From Octopus sinensis (Eukaryota): a DNA stretch of 64,000 nucleotides. The notes under the pieces are model-generated. The model saw nothing but the letters and a program-made list of their open reading frames with translations, was not told the origin of the DNA and did not search any database. Below, piece after piece: positions 11,445-23,895 of the stretch; positions within the stretch are counted from its first letter, which is position 1, and each line of letters opens with the position of its first letter. The stretch lies in NCBI RefSeq assembly GCF_006345805.1, contig NC_043017.1:24800001-24864000 (forward strand), given 5' to 3'. Position numbers and translations under genes: made by a program.

Positions 11445-11806
11445 TACTCTTTTTTTACTCTTTTACTTGTTTCAGTCATTTGACTGCGGCCATGCTGGAG
11501 CACCGCCTATAATCTTTTTTTTTTATAAGCCCAGTACTTATTCTATCGGTCTCTTTTACCGAACCGCTAGGTAACGGGGACATAAACACACCAGCATCGG
11601 TTGTCAAGCAATGCTAGGGGGACAAATACAGACACACACACGCATATATATATACGACGGGCTTCTTTCAGTCTCCGTCTACCAAATCCACTCACAAGGC
11701 ATTGGTCGGCTCGGGGCTATAGCAGAAGACACTTGCCCAAGATGCCACGCAGTGGGACTGAACCCGGAACCATGTGGTTGGTTAGCAAGCTACTTACCAC
11801 ACAGCC
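11445..11806 (-). mobile_element. SINE family B
   Basis: Family consensus, with a tail of (ctcttttta) repeats. Confidence 0.85.
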
Positions 11807-11972
11807 AGTACTGTATTTTTTTTTGTATTATCCTTATACACGTGCTTTTAAAATGAAAATATCTTCTCCCCGTAGTAAACGATATTTCGTTTCCCTTCCA
11901 AAACAAAATCAGGAACACAATTTTACGATGCAACAATATTTAAGAGTTAATAATGTTTCCATTATAAAACAA

Positions 11973-12364
11973 GTAGCAGTATCGCCCGGCGTTGCTCGGG
12001 TTTGTAAGGGAAATAACTATAAAGCATTTTAGAGAGTTATAGCCAAAAAATAGCAAAAAATGCATTAAAAATGGAAAAAATATGATGGTAAATTTTTTTT
12101 TAAATCGTTGACTCATCGTAGACATTTTTAGAGAGTTACTTCCCTTATATTAAAAAAAATATGCATTAAAATGGAAAAAATGATGGTAAATTTTTTTTTT
12201 AATCGTAGACTCATCGTAGATGCGCGCTAATAACCAGAAGGGCTCGATATGAATCACGACTATAAGATACCAGGTTTTGGTTAAACTGCATTGCAAAATG
12301 TGGGAGTAGTTAGGAATCTAAATCGGAGTAGACAGACACACAACCTTTCTTTTATATATAAAGA
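11973..12364 (-). mobile_element. Non-autonomous Helitron H1
   Basis: Colinear with 6174-6558. The 3' end is mutated to CTAC. Confidence 0.85.
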
Positions 12365-13034
12365 TATGTAGTAGAGGAAGAAAAAAATCTCGATTCAAAT
12401 ATAATTACAGGCAATTAATTCAATACCGACCTATGGGAAAAACATTAATTGTAAGATACAATAACAATAATAATCAGAAATTATGAACTTCCAATTTTTC
12501 TGATCATTGTAAATTCACGAACGTAGTGAACAATGATTCGATTTCATTTCACAATGTCAAGTAAAACCCATCGTGGTTTTATACATTCCTCATCTTTGAA
12601 ATTAAGCCTTAATTCGTCATATTCACCAAAAGTTATATTAATGAAAGCAATAAGAAAAAAACCCCTATTGAATCAAGAGAAGAACATTAAGCAAAATACC
12701 TCGTGTTATTAAGAAGTCAGTAATGTTAGTCTTGTGTTATTATATGCACTCATTAAAGTCAGAAGCCCCCATCAGGGATTAATTTATCAATATTTAGCAT
12801 CGAATCAGGCGACAGAATCGTTTGTAAGACCGGGCAAAATATTTGGCGGCATTTCGTGTCCTTACGTTCGGATTTTCAAATTCCAGCGAGGTTGACTGTA
12901 CCTTTCCTTCAGTGGGCTCGATAAAAAATATGTACTAATTGAGTGCTGGGATCGATGTGATCGACTGAACCCCTCCACCGAAATTGCTGGTGTTCTGTCA
13001 AACTTAGAAATCGATATTTCGTATCGGGAATAAA

Positions 13035-13053
13035 CATCCGGTTACACATGCGC
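13035..13053 (-). promoter_or_regulatory. Candidate promoter motif of ZNF-A; exon-1 donor at 12699
   Basis: GCGCATGTGTAACCGGATG on the minus strand, the same motif as at 23876, 47333 and 51390. The donor reads gag|gtattttgc. Confidence 0.5.
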
Positions 13054-13102
13054 TGCTTGAAATATCAGTTGGAGAGATAGACATGTGGGAATCTGTTGAC
13101 AG

Positions 13103-13475
13103 TGGAGGCGCAATGGCCCAGTGGTTAGGGCAGCGGACTCGCGGTTTCGATTCCCAGACCGGGCGTTGTGAGTGTATATTGAACGAAAAACACCTAAAAT
13201 TCCACGAGGCTCCGGCAGGGGATGGTGGTGATCCCTGCTGTACTCTTTCACCACAACTTTCTCTCACTCTTACTTCCTGTTTCTGTTGTACCTGTATTTC
13301 AAAGGGCCGGCCTTGTCACTCTCTGTGTCACGCTGAAAATCCCCGAGAACTACGTTAAGGGTACACGTGTCTGTGGAGTGCTCAGCCACTTACACGTTAA
13401 TTTCACGAGCAGGCTGTTCCGTTGATCGGATCAACCGGAACCCTCATCGTCGTAATCGACGGAGTGCTTCCATCC
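13103..13475 (+). mobile_element. SINE family C, near-full copy
   Basis: 12-bp TSD ATCTGTTGACAG at 13091-13102 and 13476-13487. Confidence 0.9.
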
Positions 13476-13567
13476 ATCTGTTGACAGATCGGCTGCAATT
13501 AAGTTTGGCTTTATTTGTGTTGAAAAAACTGCTTGTTGTTAAATATTTGGTCCAGATGGAGGATATG

Positions 13568-14458
13568 GGATCTTTTCAATTCTGAAGCCAGGACCACAGA
13601 TCTTTCTACTTAACTAAATAATCTGAAACTTCGTATGCTGATAGAGTCTAGCAAAACAAGACACAGGTTGGAACTAGTTTATTTGAGAAAAATCTATTTT
13701 ATGACTTTAATCGTAGATTAAAACTGCGAATTTTAACCAATCAGATTGTTTGTTTTCATGTGTAAAACTTGACTGCATTCTATTAGTGTGACGTAGAAAG
13801 CGCTTTTGTGACGTACTAACGTTCGTTTGAAAACTGTAAACAAACACAGAACGTAACGGCAGACGAAATACGGCTACGCATTTCGCCCGGCGTGCTAACG
13901 TTTCTGCCAGCTCTTTGTTTTTTTAATATTAAATTTCTTGCCTTTTGCACAAATAAATACAATAAGTGAAATGAAACGCATTAGCTTAGAAACGAAATCT
14001 TGTTAGAAGCCTCGTCACTGAGATGCTACTTCTTAATAGCAAACGAAAGCAAGTACTAACAGAATGGAAACATTTTCAATTTAATACATGTGGCTTATTA
14101 ACTAGTTTTAAATATTGTTATTAGAAGGTGGCTGACTATAGGATCCTGGAAACATGAGTACGTTAAATAATTAGAAGGAGATTTCACGGAGACATGCGGT
14201 CTGTTTACATTTAAGATGTTTAATACGTCACCAAATTGGTGGTCGAGACGGAGTAAATAAAATAAAGCCGAATGACGGAATATCATTGGTTAAAATTCTA
14301 ATTATTAAACAACGTTAAACTTAGAAGTTACAATTCCGTTTTCATTCTGGTTTACAATTAAGTTTACTTTTGACACATTCTACCAGTATACGAAGTTTCA
14401 AATTGTTTGGTTCTGTAGGAAAAATTTGAAAAAACTGGCTTCAGAATTGAAAAGATCC
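13568..14458. mobile_element. 891-bp non-autonomous DNA transposon with GGATC-type TIRs
   Basis: Perfect 24-bp TIR GGATCTTTTCAATTCTGAAGCCAG (13568-13591, 14435-14458). 8-bp TSD AGGATATG. Confidence 0.9.
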
Positions 14459-14819
14459 AGGATATGTAAACGGAACCCTTGTCCCGCCAATTTTTTTTTT
14501 TAACGAAATCTCACGTTTTTGGCTACGGAGATTCAGATTCTGAAAAAAAAAAAAAAAAAAAAACTTTCAAAAATCGCAACTTCAAAATTTCAGTTCCCCT
14601 TTCCCCAGGAGAGAATGATTTAATGTAAAAATCATGGGCATGTGGTCCCTCTCCTGTGTGAATATATTGATGTTTAGTTAAGTATCAATTGGTACAGAAA
14701 GATTTTCGCTTTTTCTGGAATTTTTTTTTTGGCGAAATACATACAAAAATACAGAGATTGTGATTTTGAAAAAAAAAAAAAAAAAAATTGCATGAATGGG
14801 TATCTATCCAGACCTATTT

Positions 14820-15043
14820 CTTTATTACCCACAAGGGGCTAAACACAGAGGGGACAAACAAGGACAGACATAGGTATTAAATCGATTACATCGATCCCAG
14901 TGCGTAACTGGTACTTAATTTATCGACCCCGAAAGGATGAAAGGCAAAGTCGACCTCGGCGGAATTTGAACTCACAACGTAACGCAGACGAAATACCGCT
15001 GAGCATTTCGCCCGACGTGCTAACGTTTCTGCCAGCTCGCCGC
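14820..15043 (-). mobile_element. SINE family A
   Basis: Reverse complement of the consensus at 2314-2545. Confidence 0.85.
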
Positions 15044-15119
15044 CATTTGATACTGCACGTTCAGTACGTCAGGGATGTTCCATCTTCTTGCTTCTGTACG
15101 TATTGACTCTCAAGCCACT

Positions 15120-15500
15120 ACTGCGGAAGCTGGCGATGCTGAGAGGCATCCCACAAGAATGTCTCCATTTGCAGACCGATGTCACCATCATAGTGTCTAG
15201 CCACAGCTATATCAACCTGTCGGCAAGACACTAAAAGAATACAAAGTGGTAACGAGAGCGAAAATTAACCAGGAAAAGTCAATGGGGTTGCAGCTTAGCA
15301 CCGGGAGAAGCAAGCCCATGCCATCCAACAGTGTCTCCCTCGTGGGATGCTGGACTGATGGATTGCTTAAATTGCTTGGGGTCTGGTTCGGTCCAGACCT
15401 CCAAATGGAGAAGAACTGGGACAAGATAACAAGTGGGGTAGTGACTCTCACTCAGCAATGGGCTGAGAGGAAGCTATCCCTAAAAGGTTTGGCGGAAGTG
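15120..15500 (+). mobile_element. L1/Tx1-clade reverse transcriptase fragment
   Basis: Degenerate FADD region, then AKINQEKSMGLQL...KLLGVWFGPDLQMEKNW...WAERKLSLKG, typical of the L1/Tx1 RT C-terminus. Confidence 0.7.
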
Positions 15501-15939
15501 TTCTGATTTGGCAAGGTTTCTCTGGCTGGATGCCTGTTCTGACACCCACCACTCCAAGAGTGTAGCGGAGGCTTTTTATGTGCCACTCGCACGAGTGCCA
15601 ATGACTTGACACTGGCATTGGCCCCCAACTACGGTCTCACTTGGCTCGACAGGTCTACACAGGCACGGTGTATTACCGAAGGTCTCAATCACCTATCACT
15701 GCGTCCATGAGGCCCAATGCTTGAACGGTCTTTTTTTTTTACGTGCCAGTGGCATAAGTGTTAGTAAGTCAGCACTAGCATTGGCCACGACTACGATTTC
15801 ACTCGGTTCAACAGCCCAGTATATCGCCCAACGATTGAAGAATGCTTTTAATAGACCAATTACACGACACTGGCATCAGCCATGACTATGATCTTACTTG
15901 GCTTGATAGCTCTTCTCAAGCATGGCATCTCTCCAAACA

Positions 15940-16300
15940 TCTTGGTCACTTATCATTGGCTCTGTAAGGTCCAACATTCGAAGATCATGCTTCACTACCT
16001 CGTCCCATGTCTTCTAGGGTCTACCTCTTCCATAGGTTCCCTCTACTGCCGGAGTGTGACACTTCTTCACATGGTTGTCCTCGTCCATATGCATCACATG
16101 ACCATACTAGCAGAGTCATCTCTCTTGCACACCACATCTGATGCTTCTTATGTCCATCTTTTCTCTCAGGACACACTTTGTCATGCATACACACTGACAT
16201 TACACATCCAGTGGAACATACTAGCTTCATCTTTACAAGCCTATGCATGTCCTCTGCAGTTACAGCCCATGTTTCATGGCTGTGTAGCATAGCTGTTTGC
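15940..16300 (-). mobile_element. RTE-clade LINE 3' fragment
   Basis: TAMLHSHETWAVTAED resembles the RTE motif SAMLYGSETW, followed by degenerate RLxWxGHVxR and GRPxKTW segments. Confidence 0.7.
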
Positions 16301-17199
16301 ATAATACAGTCTGCCTTTCACTGTCCAAATTTGAAACCATAATATATATATACAGACAAAGGAACAACTACTTACCTATGTACCCTCCCTTCTTTACTAT
16401 CCTGCATTTCCTTCCCCGCCACCCCAGAAATATTGCAACTGTTACTCTTATAGCTCTTGCATAAATCATTTATTGTCTCTCTCTATCCAAATAATCTGTA
16501 TTGTAATATTGCTGTAATATTTGTTTTCTTTTGGCACAACAACCATCATTATATTTGTATCTCTTACTGATTACTATTGAAAGACTATCAATTTGGAGAG
16601 AGAAAAAAAAAAACAAAGTTTCATGTCAAAAACAGAAATGAAATAAAAGAAAAAAAACCAATATTTTTTTTTTTTAGTTTATTTACTTGTAGAGGTTATG
16701 GTGAGACCATGGTTTCAATTCCTGGGCTGGGCAGTGTCCTAACATACTCTCCTCTGAGCCATGCAAGCACAGAAAAGTAGACGTTACAATGATGATGGTG
16801 AATATATATATATATATGTATGTATGTGTAAGGAATAGGCACAGGAGTAGCTGTCGACTTAAGAAGCTTGCTTCTGAACCAGGTTTCCCTGGTTTTGGTT
16901 CCACTGTATAGCACCTTCAGCAAGTCTTTTATAACAGCCCCATCTGACCAAATTCTTGCAAGTTCATTTGGAAGTACATGCAAGAGTAAAAATCATGCCA
17001 AAATTAACCTTGCCTGTGCTAATGCCACATGAAAAGCACTCAGTCCACTCTGCAGAGTGGTTGGTGTTACAAAGGGCATCAAGCCACAAAAACCCTGCCA
17101 AAACACAGTAGCTTGAGTAGTCTACCTGGCTGGCTCCTGTCAACCGTCCTACCCATGCATGAATGGAAGACAAATGTTAAACGATGATGATCCTTCCTT

Positions 17200-17440
17200 C
17201 CTATCCGCTCAGTCGAAGTCGACTCTCGGTTACTCGTTGGATCAGTGTCCTCCAGTCAGTTCTATCCTGGGCCGCTTCTTTCAGATTGGCTTTGTCCCCC
17301 TCCAAAGCCCAACCGTTCTCCTCACCGTGGTGCTGGGGGTGGCAACGGCATATGGTAAGTATGCTGGCTAAATGGCTCTGGCCCGGGGAAAGACCTGGCC
17401 ACCTACCCCAGTATCCTGGCCAATATACTCTATGGATCAA
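17200..17440 (-). mobile_element. RTE-clade LINE extreme C-terminal fragment
   Basis: LKEAAQDRTDWRTLIQRVTESRLRLSG matches the RTE AxDRxxWR terminal motif. Confidence 0.6.
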
Positions 17441-17656
17441 AAGTGTAAGAATTCTAATATGATGGTACCAAACACTGGGACCCCCGGGCTGCGGGATACC
17501 ACGATGATGATAAATACATGTAAATGAGTAAGTTAAAATTGAACTTATTTGCATGTGCAATGGCCTCTCTGATGGAGTTGGCTTGCTTGCAGTTCACTGT
17601 AAAAGCATGTCCATGTTTCTTAACATGCTTTAACATGTTGCACTATCATTGTAAAC

Positions 17657-17858
17657 TAGTGCTTTTCAACATTTTTGTTGGAGCGGAACCCCAAGGAATC
17701 ATTCCACTGGCTCGAGGAACCCCTGTGCAATAATTTAATAGTCTTATGCACACATATCTGCACAGGAGAATTAAAAATTACTGCCGATTTTTAGCAGTTT
17801 TGTAACTTCTTGCGGAACCCCTGGACTGTACTGGCGGAACCCTGGTTGAAAACCACTG
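17657..17858. mobile_element. hAT (Charlie-like) MITE, 202 bp
   Basis: TIRs TAGTGCTTTTCAAC and GTTGAAAACCACTG, internal GGAACCC motifs, and an 8-bp TSD TTGTAAAC. Paralogous sites near 28345, 39432 and 57590 are empty. Confidence 0.9.
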
Positions 17859-18767
17859 TTGTAAACAAAAGGCTTGTCCATACTGTATTGTTTGTTTTAG
17901 TTTCTCCACAACAGATCTGAGTCAGAATAAGTCTTTAAATCAAGAGTCAATAAATATATTTTGCTACATGGTTTGAGAATTTTCTACCATTTTAACGGTG
18001 AAATATGTGTGTTTGTCTATATCATAGGGCATGCCTGTAGGCGCGGGCATGGCTGCGTGGTTAGGGAGCTTGCTTCCTAACTACATGGTTTCGGGTTCAG
18101 TCCCACTGCATGGCACTTTGGGTAGGTGTCTTCTGCTATAGCCCCGAGTCGACCGAAGCTTTGTGATTGAATTTGGTAGGTGGAAGTTACTGCCGTGTGT
18201 GTATAGCTGCTCAGTGCCTCTCCGAAAGAGAGAGAGGGATAGTTATTATTTAAATATCTACTTTTCTGTGCCTGCCTGGGTCAAACATTTCATTGATGCA
18301 AAGTTACACATCACTGTGGCTAACTAAGTTCTTCATGGAAGATTTGAAACAAATGGCATTGCTTGTATGGCAGGGACACCTCACTTCCAAACATCACAAT
18401 ATCAAGACAAGGACACACACACACACACAAGGGAGCTGGGTTGAACTACTAGGAGACTTGAAAGAGAATATCCATCACATGAGCAAAACTTTATTCATGG
18501 ATACACCAGGTAGAGAATGCCAATAACATTGACAGGAATAGTAGCCTCTTCTGGACATGCAATGTATGCATCGTATTTCATCTAGGCAATTGCTCTCTAA
18601 CAACAGGAAGTGGCAACTAAATACCTGATTCATGAAACATATACATTTGATTCTAAACTCCCAGACTAGTAGAAAATGATGATTATGCCATGCCAGTGTT
18701 GAAGATATCACCCATATCATTAGTAGAAGTACAAAACTCATTAACATCACCAGTTGTAGTTATATAC

Positions 18768-19160
18768 TCTTTTACTTGTTTCAGTTATTTGAATGTGGCC
18801 ATGCTGGAGCACTGCCTTTAGTCGAGCAAATTGACCCCAGGACTTATTCTTTGTAAGCTTAGTACTTATTCTATCGGTCTCTTTTGCCGAACCGCTAAGC
18901 TACGGGGACGTAAACACACCTGCATCAGTTGTCAAGTGATGTTGGGGGGACAAACACAGACACAAAAACATATACACACACACACACACATATATATATA
19001 CGACGGGATTCTTCCAGTTTCCGTCTACCAAATCCACTCACAAGGTTTTGGTCGGCCCGAGGCTATAGTAGAAGACACTTGCCCAAGGTGCCACGCAGTG
19101 GGACTGAACACAGAACCATGTGGCTGGTAAGCAAGCTACTTACCACACAGCCACTCCTGC
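18768..19160 (-). mobile_element. SINE family B
   Basis: Family consensus. Confidence 0.85.
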
Positions 19161-19379
19161 GTTTATATATAAAATATATTGTTAGAACACCATTATGACA
19201 TTGTTGTAGCTTCTTTCTTGTGTCTACAGATATCACAGTGATGTGGCTTCTTTTTCATCTTGTTCAGCCATCACCAACCGAAGTCAATTTACCACGAATA
19301 TGAAGCTGATACTGCTTCTCTTCTGTTTAAATAGGTGTGTGTTGTTTTAAGCCACCCATTTCAGGAAAAGAAATAGCCA

Positions 19380-20348
19380 AACATGTCCCTCAGATATGGT
19401 TACTTCTCTGTATGAAGACGTTTCTGTCTGGGTAATTCAAAATTTCTACAGAATGGTTTACCACAAACATCACAAAGTTATAGTTTTCAGCTCTGTGGAT
19501 GTATTTGTGATTAAGACAAGGTACTTATCTGAGAGAATGATCTGCCACATACGTCACAGTGATGTGACTGCTCACCTGTATCAGTGTGTTTGTGTATAGT
19601 TAAATATTATTCAGTATCACACTGATACGTCTCCTCAGCTGCAGGATTGGGTTTGTGTATAATTGAAGCTTCACCAGAAGAGAATGATTCACTATAAATA
19701 TCATGGACACCCGGTCCCTCTCCTGGTGAGCTGGCAGAAACATTAGCACGCCAGGTGAAATGCGTAGCCGTATTTCGTCTGTCGTTATGTTCCGAGTTCA
19801 AATTCTGCCGAGGTCGACTTTGCCTTTCATCCTTTCGGGGGTCGATAGATTAAGTACCGGTTACGCACTGGGGTCGATGTAATCGAATTAATCCCTTCGT
19901 CTGTCCCTGTTTGTCCCCTCTGTGTTTAGCCCCGTGTGGGTAGTAAAGAAATATATACTTATGTTTAGTTAAGTATCTATTAGTAGAGAATGATTTCTCA
20001 CAGATGTCACACTGATATGGCTTGTCACTTATATGAGTGCGTTTGTGTTTGGATAAGTCATTACTTTGAGAGAAAGATTTCCCACAAGTAGCACAATATG
20101 TTTTCTCACCAATATGTGTGTATTTGTGTTTAGCTAAATATCCATTCCTGGAAAATGACTGGCCACAGGTGTCACATTGTTATGGTTTACTCCTGTATGG
20201 ATATGTTTATGCTTAGTTAAGGTAGGACTTTTAGAAAATGATTTACCACAGATATCACACTGATATGGTTTTTCTCCTGTATGAATCAATATGTATCTAT
20301 TTAAGTCACCATTTTCACTGAATGATTTTCTGCAGATATTACAGCAAT
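19380..20348 (-). pseudogene. Decayed 3' fingers of ZNF-B, containing a SINE A at about 19727-19951
   Basis: ORFs 20134-20352 (two fingers) and 19607-19801 ([36 protein letters not shown], almost identical to ZNF-G). Confidence 0.8.
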
Positions 20349-21377
20349 TCATACGGGTTTATCTCCTGTATGAACATATATGTGTCTCTGTAATTTACTT
20401 TTATATGGGAATGATTTACCACAAATCTCACAGTGGTATGGTCTCTCCCCTGTGTGGGTATGTCTGTGTTTAATTAGGGGAGATGTGTGAGAGAATGATT
20501 TGCCACAGATATCACAGTGATATGGTGTCTCTCCTGTATGAATACGTCGATGAATATGTAAGGCACTGCCTTCAGAGAAAGACTTGCTACAGATATCACA
20601 CTGATATGGTTTCTCTCCTGTATGAACACGCTTATGTTTAATTAAGTCACTACTTTGAGAGCAAGATTTACCACAGATATCACAGTGATATGGTTTTTCC
20701 CCTGTATGAATTCGTATGTGTTTATTTAAATCATTCTTTTGGGAGAATGATTTACCACAGATATTACAGCAATGGGGCTTTTCTCCTGTATGAATATATA
20801 TATGTCTTTGTAATTTACTTTTATCTGGGAAGGATTTACCACAAATCTGACACTGGCACGGTCTCTCTCCTGTATGAATACTTCTGTGTTTAGTTAGGGA
20901 TGATGTGTGAGAGAAGGATTTAGCACAGATATCACACGGGTATGGTCTCTCTTCAGCATGAGTAAATTTGTGACTGTTTAAGTTACCATTTGTAGAGAAT
21001 GATTTACCACAGATATCACAATGATATGGTTTCTCTCCCGTATGAATACGTTTGTGAGTATTTAAGGAACTACTCGTGGAAAAGGATTTACCACAGATAT
21101 CACAGTGATATGGTTTCTCTCTTGTATGAATATGTTTATGGGTACTTAAAGTACCACTTGTAGAGAATGACTTACCACAGATATCACAACGATATGGCTT
21201 CTCTCCTGTATGAATACGTTTGTGATCATTTAGGTGGTGTTTCTGAGAGAATGACTTTGTACAGATGTCACAGGAGTATGGTTTTTCTTCTCTCTCATTC
21301 TGAATCTCATCATGAGAATCAACTCGCTCAGTCTCTATTTTAATTTCAATTGGTTCCTCACAGAATTCATTTTCCAT
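20349..21377 (-). CDS. C2H2 zinc-finger protein B, 342 aa, 11 fingers
   Basis: Open ORF that ends at a frameshift in a linker (GDKPV*). Predicted acceptor at 21602 and uORF MDIFPHL* at 21485-21508. Confidence 0.9.
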   Translation of the reverse strand: MENEFCEEPIEIKIETERVDSHDEIQNEREEKPYSCDICTKSFSQKHHLNDHKRIHTGEKPYRCDICGKSFSTSGTLSTHKHIHTREKPYHCDICGKSFSTSSSLNTHKRIHTGEKPYHCDICGKSFSTNGNLNSHKFTHAEERPYPCDICAKSFSHTSSLTKHRSIHTGERPCQCQICGKSFPDKSKLQRHIYIHTGEKPHCCNICGKSFSQKNDLNKHIRIHTGEKPYHCDICGKSCSQSSDLIKHKRVHTGEKPYQCDICSKSFSEGSALHIHRRIHTGETPYHCDICGKSFSHTSPLIKHRHTHTGERPYHCEICGKSFPYKSKLQRHIYVHTGDKPV

Positions 21378-21919
21378 AATTTTACTTCCAACTCTTGAAG
21401 ATATTCCTGGCAGTGAAATAGAGAAATTTTGCTAATGGTGCCAAGTCACAACAACAATTATGTAACACCAATTCTATCACAGATTCATAGATGTGGGAAT
21501 ATATCCATTTTGTGTAGCAACCTCTTTTACTTTGTGTAAGATGATAAATATCAATGATACATCTAAGTTAAGTACTATTAAGCCAATGTCATTTTGATAT
21601 TTCTGAAATAAAAGAGAAACAGTATAAGATGTAGGCAATATTTCAAATAGTTTCAATTATGGAAATTATACATATTGGTAAACTGTAAATACAAATATTT
21701 ATGTCCACATTTGAGCTCCAAATTTCAGTGGAATCCTAGTTTATGCACCACATATAATCCCTCATAACTTTTTTGTATTTTGAAATTTAAAAAAAATTTC
21801 CAATCTTGTGTTATACACACAAGAATTCATATTATGGAAAAAAAATCAAAAACAAGATTGTTTTTGTTCTAGGCACATCTTATAATCAACTGATACCTTT
21901 CTTGTTTCTTTATAAACGA

Positions 21920-22308
21920 CTAACAGTATCGCCCGGCGTTGCTCGGGTTTGTAAGGGAAATAACTATATAAGCATTTTTAGAGAGTTATAGCCAAAAAGT
22001 AGCAAAATAATGCATTAAAAATGGAAAAAAAATGATGGTAAATTTTTTAAAAAATCGTTGACTCATCGTAGACATTTTTAGAGAATTACTTCCCTTATAT
22101 AATAGCGAAAAAATGCATTAAAATGGAAAAAAATGATGGTAAATTTTTTTTAAATCGTAGACTCATGCTAATACCCAGAAAGGCTCGATATGAATCACGA
22201 CTATAAGATACCCGGTTTTGGTTAAACTGCACCGCAAAATGTGGGAGTAGTTAGGAATCTAAATCGTAGGAGACAGACAGCACACAACCTCACTTTTATA
22301 TATAAAGA
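21920..22308 (-). mobile_element. Non-autonomous Helitron H1
   Basis: Colinear with the other H1 copies. Confidence 0.85.
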
Positions 22309-22613
22309 TGTATTCATGTTTACCAATATCTTCCTCCACATAAACACATTTAATGGTCCTTCGCTGGGAGTTAAGCAAAAAATTCAGACTGTCAGCACAA
22401 AAAAGTTATGTGTAGTTATATGAGGTGTTTAAACCATAAATCCACCTACATTTAAAATAGTAGTACTAGGAGTAGTAGACGGTATTATGTTTCCTTTTCA
22501 AAACATAGGTAACAGAATTTGGTAAATTTAATTTACGAGTTAACAATACTTCCACGGTAAAAAAAAAAATACATATTACGGAAGAGAAAAAAAACAACAA
22601 TATTAAATACATA

Positions 22614-22999
22614 TCTTTATATATAAAAGAGAGGTTGTGTGTCTGTCTCCTACGATTTAGATTCCCAACTACTCCCACATTTTGCGGTGCAGTTTAACCA
22701 AAAGCCGGTATCTTATAGTCGTGATTCATATCGAGCCCTTCTGGGTATTAGCGCGCGTCTACGATGAGTCTACGATTAAAAAAAAATTACCCTCATTTTT
22801 TTTCCATTTTAATGCATTTTTTCTCTATTATATAAGGGAAGTAACTCTCTAAAAATGTCTACGATGAGTCAACGATTTAAAAAAAAATTTACCATAATTT
22901 TTTTCCCATTTTTAATGCATTCTTTTGCTATAACTCTCTAAAAATGCTTATATAGTTATTTCCCTTACAAACCCGAGCAACGCCGGGCGATACTGCTAG
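22614..22999 (+). mobile_element. Non-autonomous Helitron H1
   Basis: A|TCTTTATATATAAAAG...CCCGAGCAACGCCGGG...CTAG|T. Confidence 0.9.
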
Positions 23000-23875
23000 T
23001 TTAGGGATAAAAATGTTAATTCTAAGATGAAGGGTATAAGAGCCATCAGAAATTATGAACTTATGTTTGTAACCTCTGCAATATCCCGTTGGAAGTAAAC
23101 AATGTTTTGATTTGATTTGATTTGATTTGATTCTTTTTTTTTTTTCTCTAGTTTTAGCTCAGAGCTGTGGCCATGCTGATGCACCGCCGTTTTGCTCCAC
23201 TGTTATTACTAAGAGCCTCCTCCAATATGTGGCACTTGGTGAAGCATGGAGTTTGATACAGCTACCCTCATTTGCACCTCTTGCGGTGAGGTAGGTTCAT
23301 CTGGGACTCTCGACAGGAAGATGTTCAGCTTTGATAAAAAAAACCCCTACATCTACTTTGTGCAAGTTCCTCAGACTCTTTGGGAGAATATTATAAAGCT
23401 GTGGGCCCTCGAAACCCAGGCTGTTTTGCAGTAACTGGTCCTGAAGCGTGATGGCATTGCTGGGACATTTGGCACTATGCAGTGTCGTCCCGTTCTGGAA
23501 TTGGTGTAGCTTTCAATGCCAAAATTTGGCACAATTCCTTCCAGGATCTTCCAGATATATATTACCGCATAGTCTTAACTGTTTCATTAAGAAAAAAACC
23601 CCATATTTTTATACATTCCTTCTATATTCGAAATTACGCTGCAATTCCATACATTACACACAATTCATATTAATGAATTTGAAAAGCAAAACGATCGAAT
23701 GACTAGAAGATCATTAAGAAGAATACCTCATATAAATCACAGCTGTTATTGAAAAATCAGTGATACAAACTCATCAGATGTGTCGTTACTATGACCTGTT
23801 CGAAGCGAGAAACTCATCAGCAATTCTTTGGTCGATGTTGGGAAGCGAAACTGAAAATGCGTTAGCGAAAATTGA

Positions 23876-23895
23876 CATCCGGTTGCACATGCGCA
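23876..23895 (-). promoter_or_regulatory. Candidate promoter motif of ZNF-B; exon-1 donor at 23726
   Basis: TGCGCATGTGCAACCGGATG on the minus strand. Confidence 0.55.

Noticed and set aside
13104-13170. tRNA-like sequences at SINE heads
   Set aside because: A and B boxes are present, but there is no convincing cloverleaf. They are followed by SINE bodies and bounded by TSDs, so they are not called tRNA genes.
14098-14286. Small ORF inside the 891-bp GGATC element as a possible transposase remnant
   Set aside because: No recognisable DDE motif.
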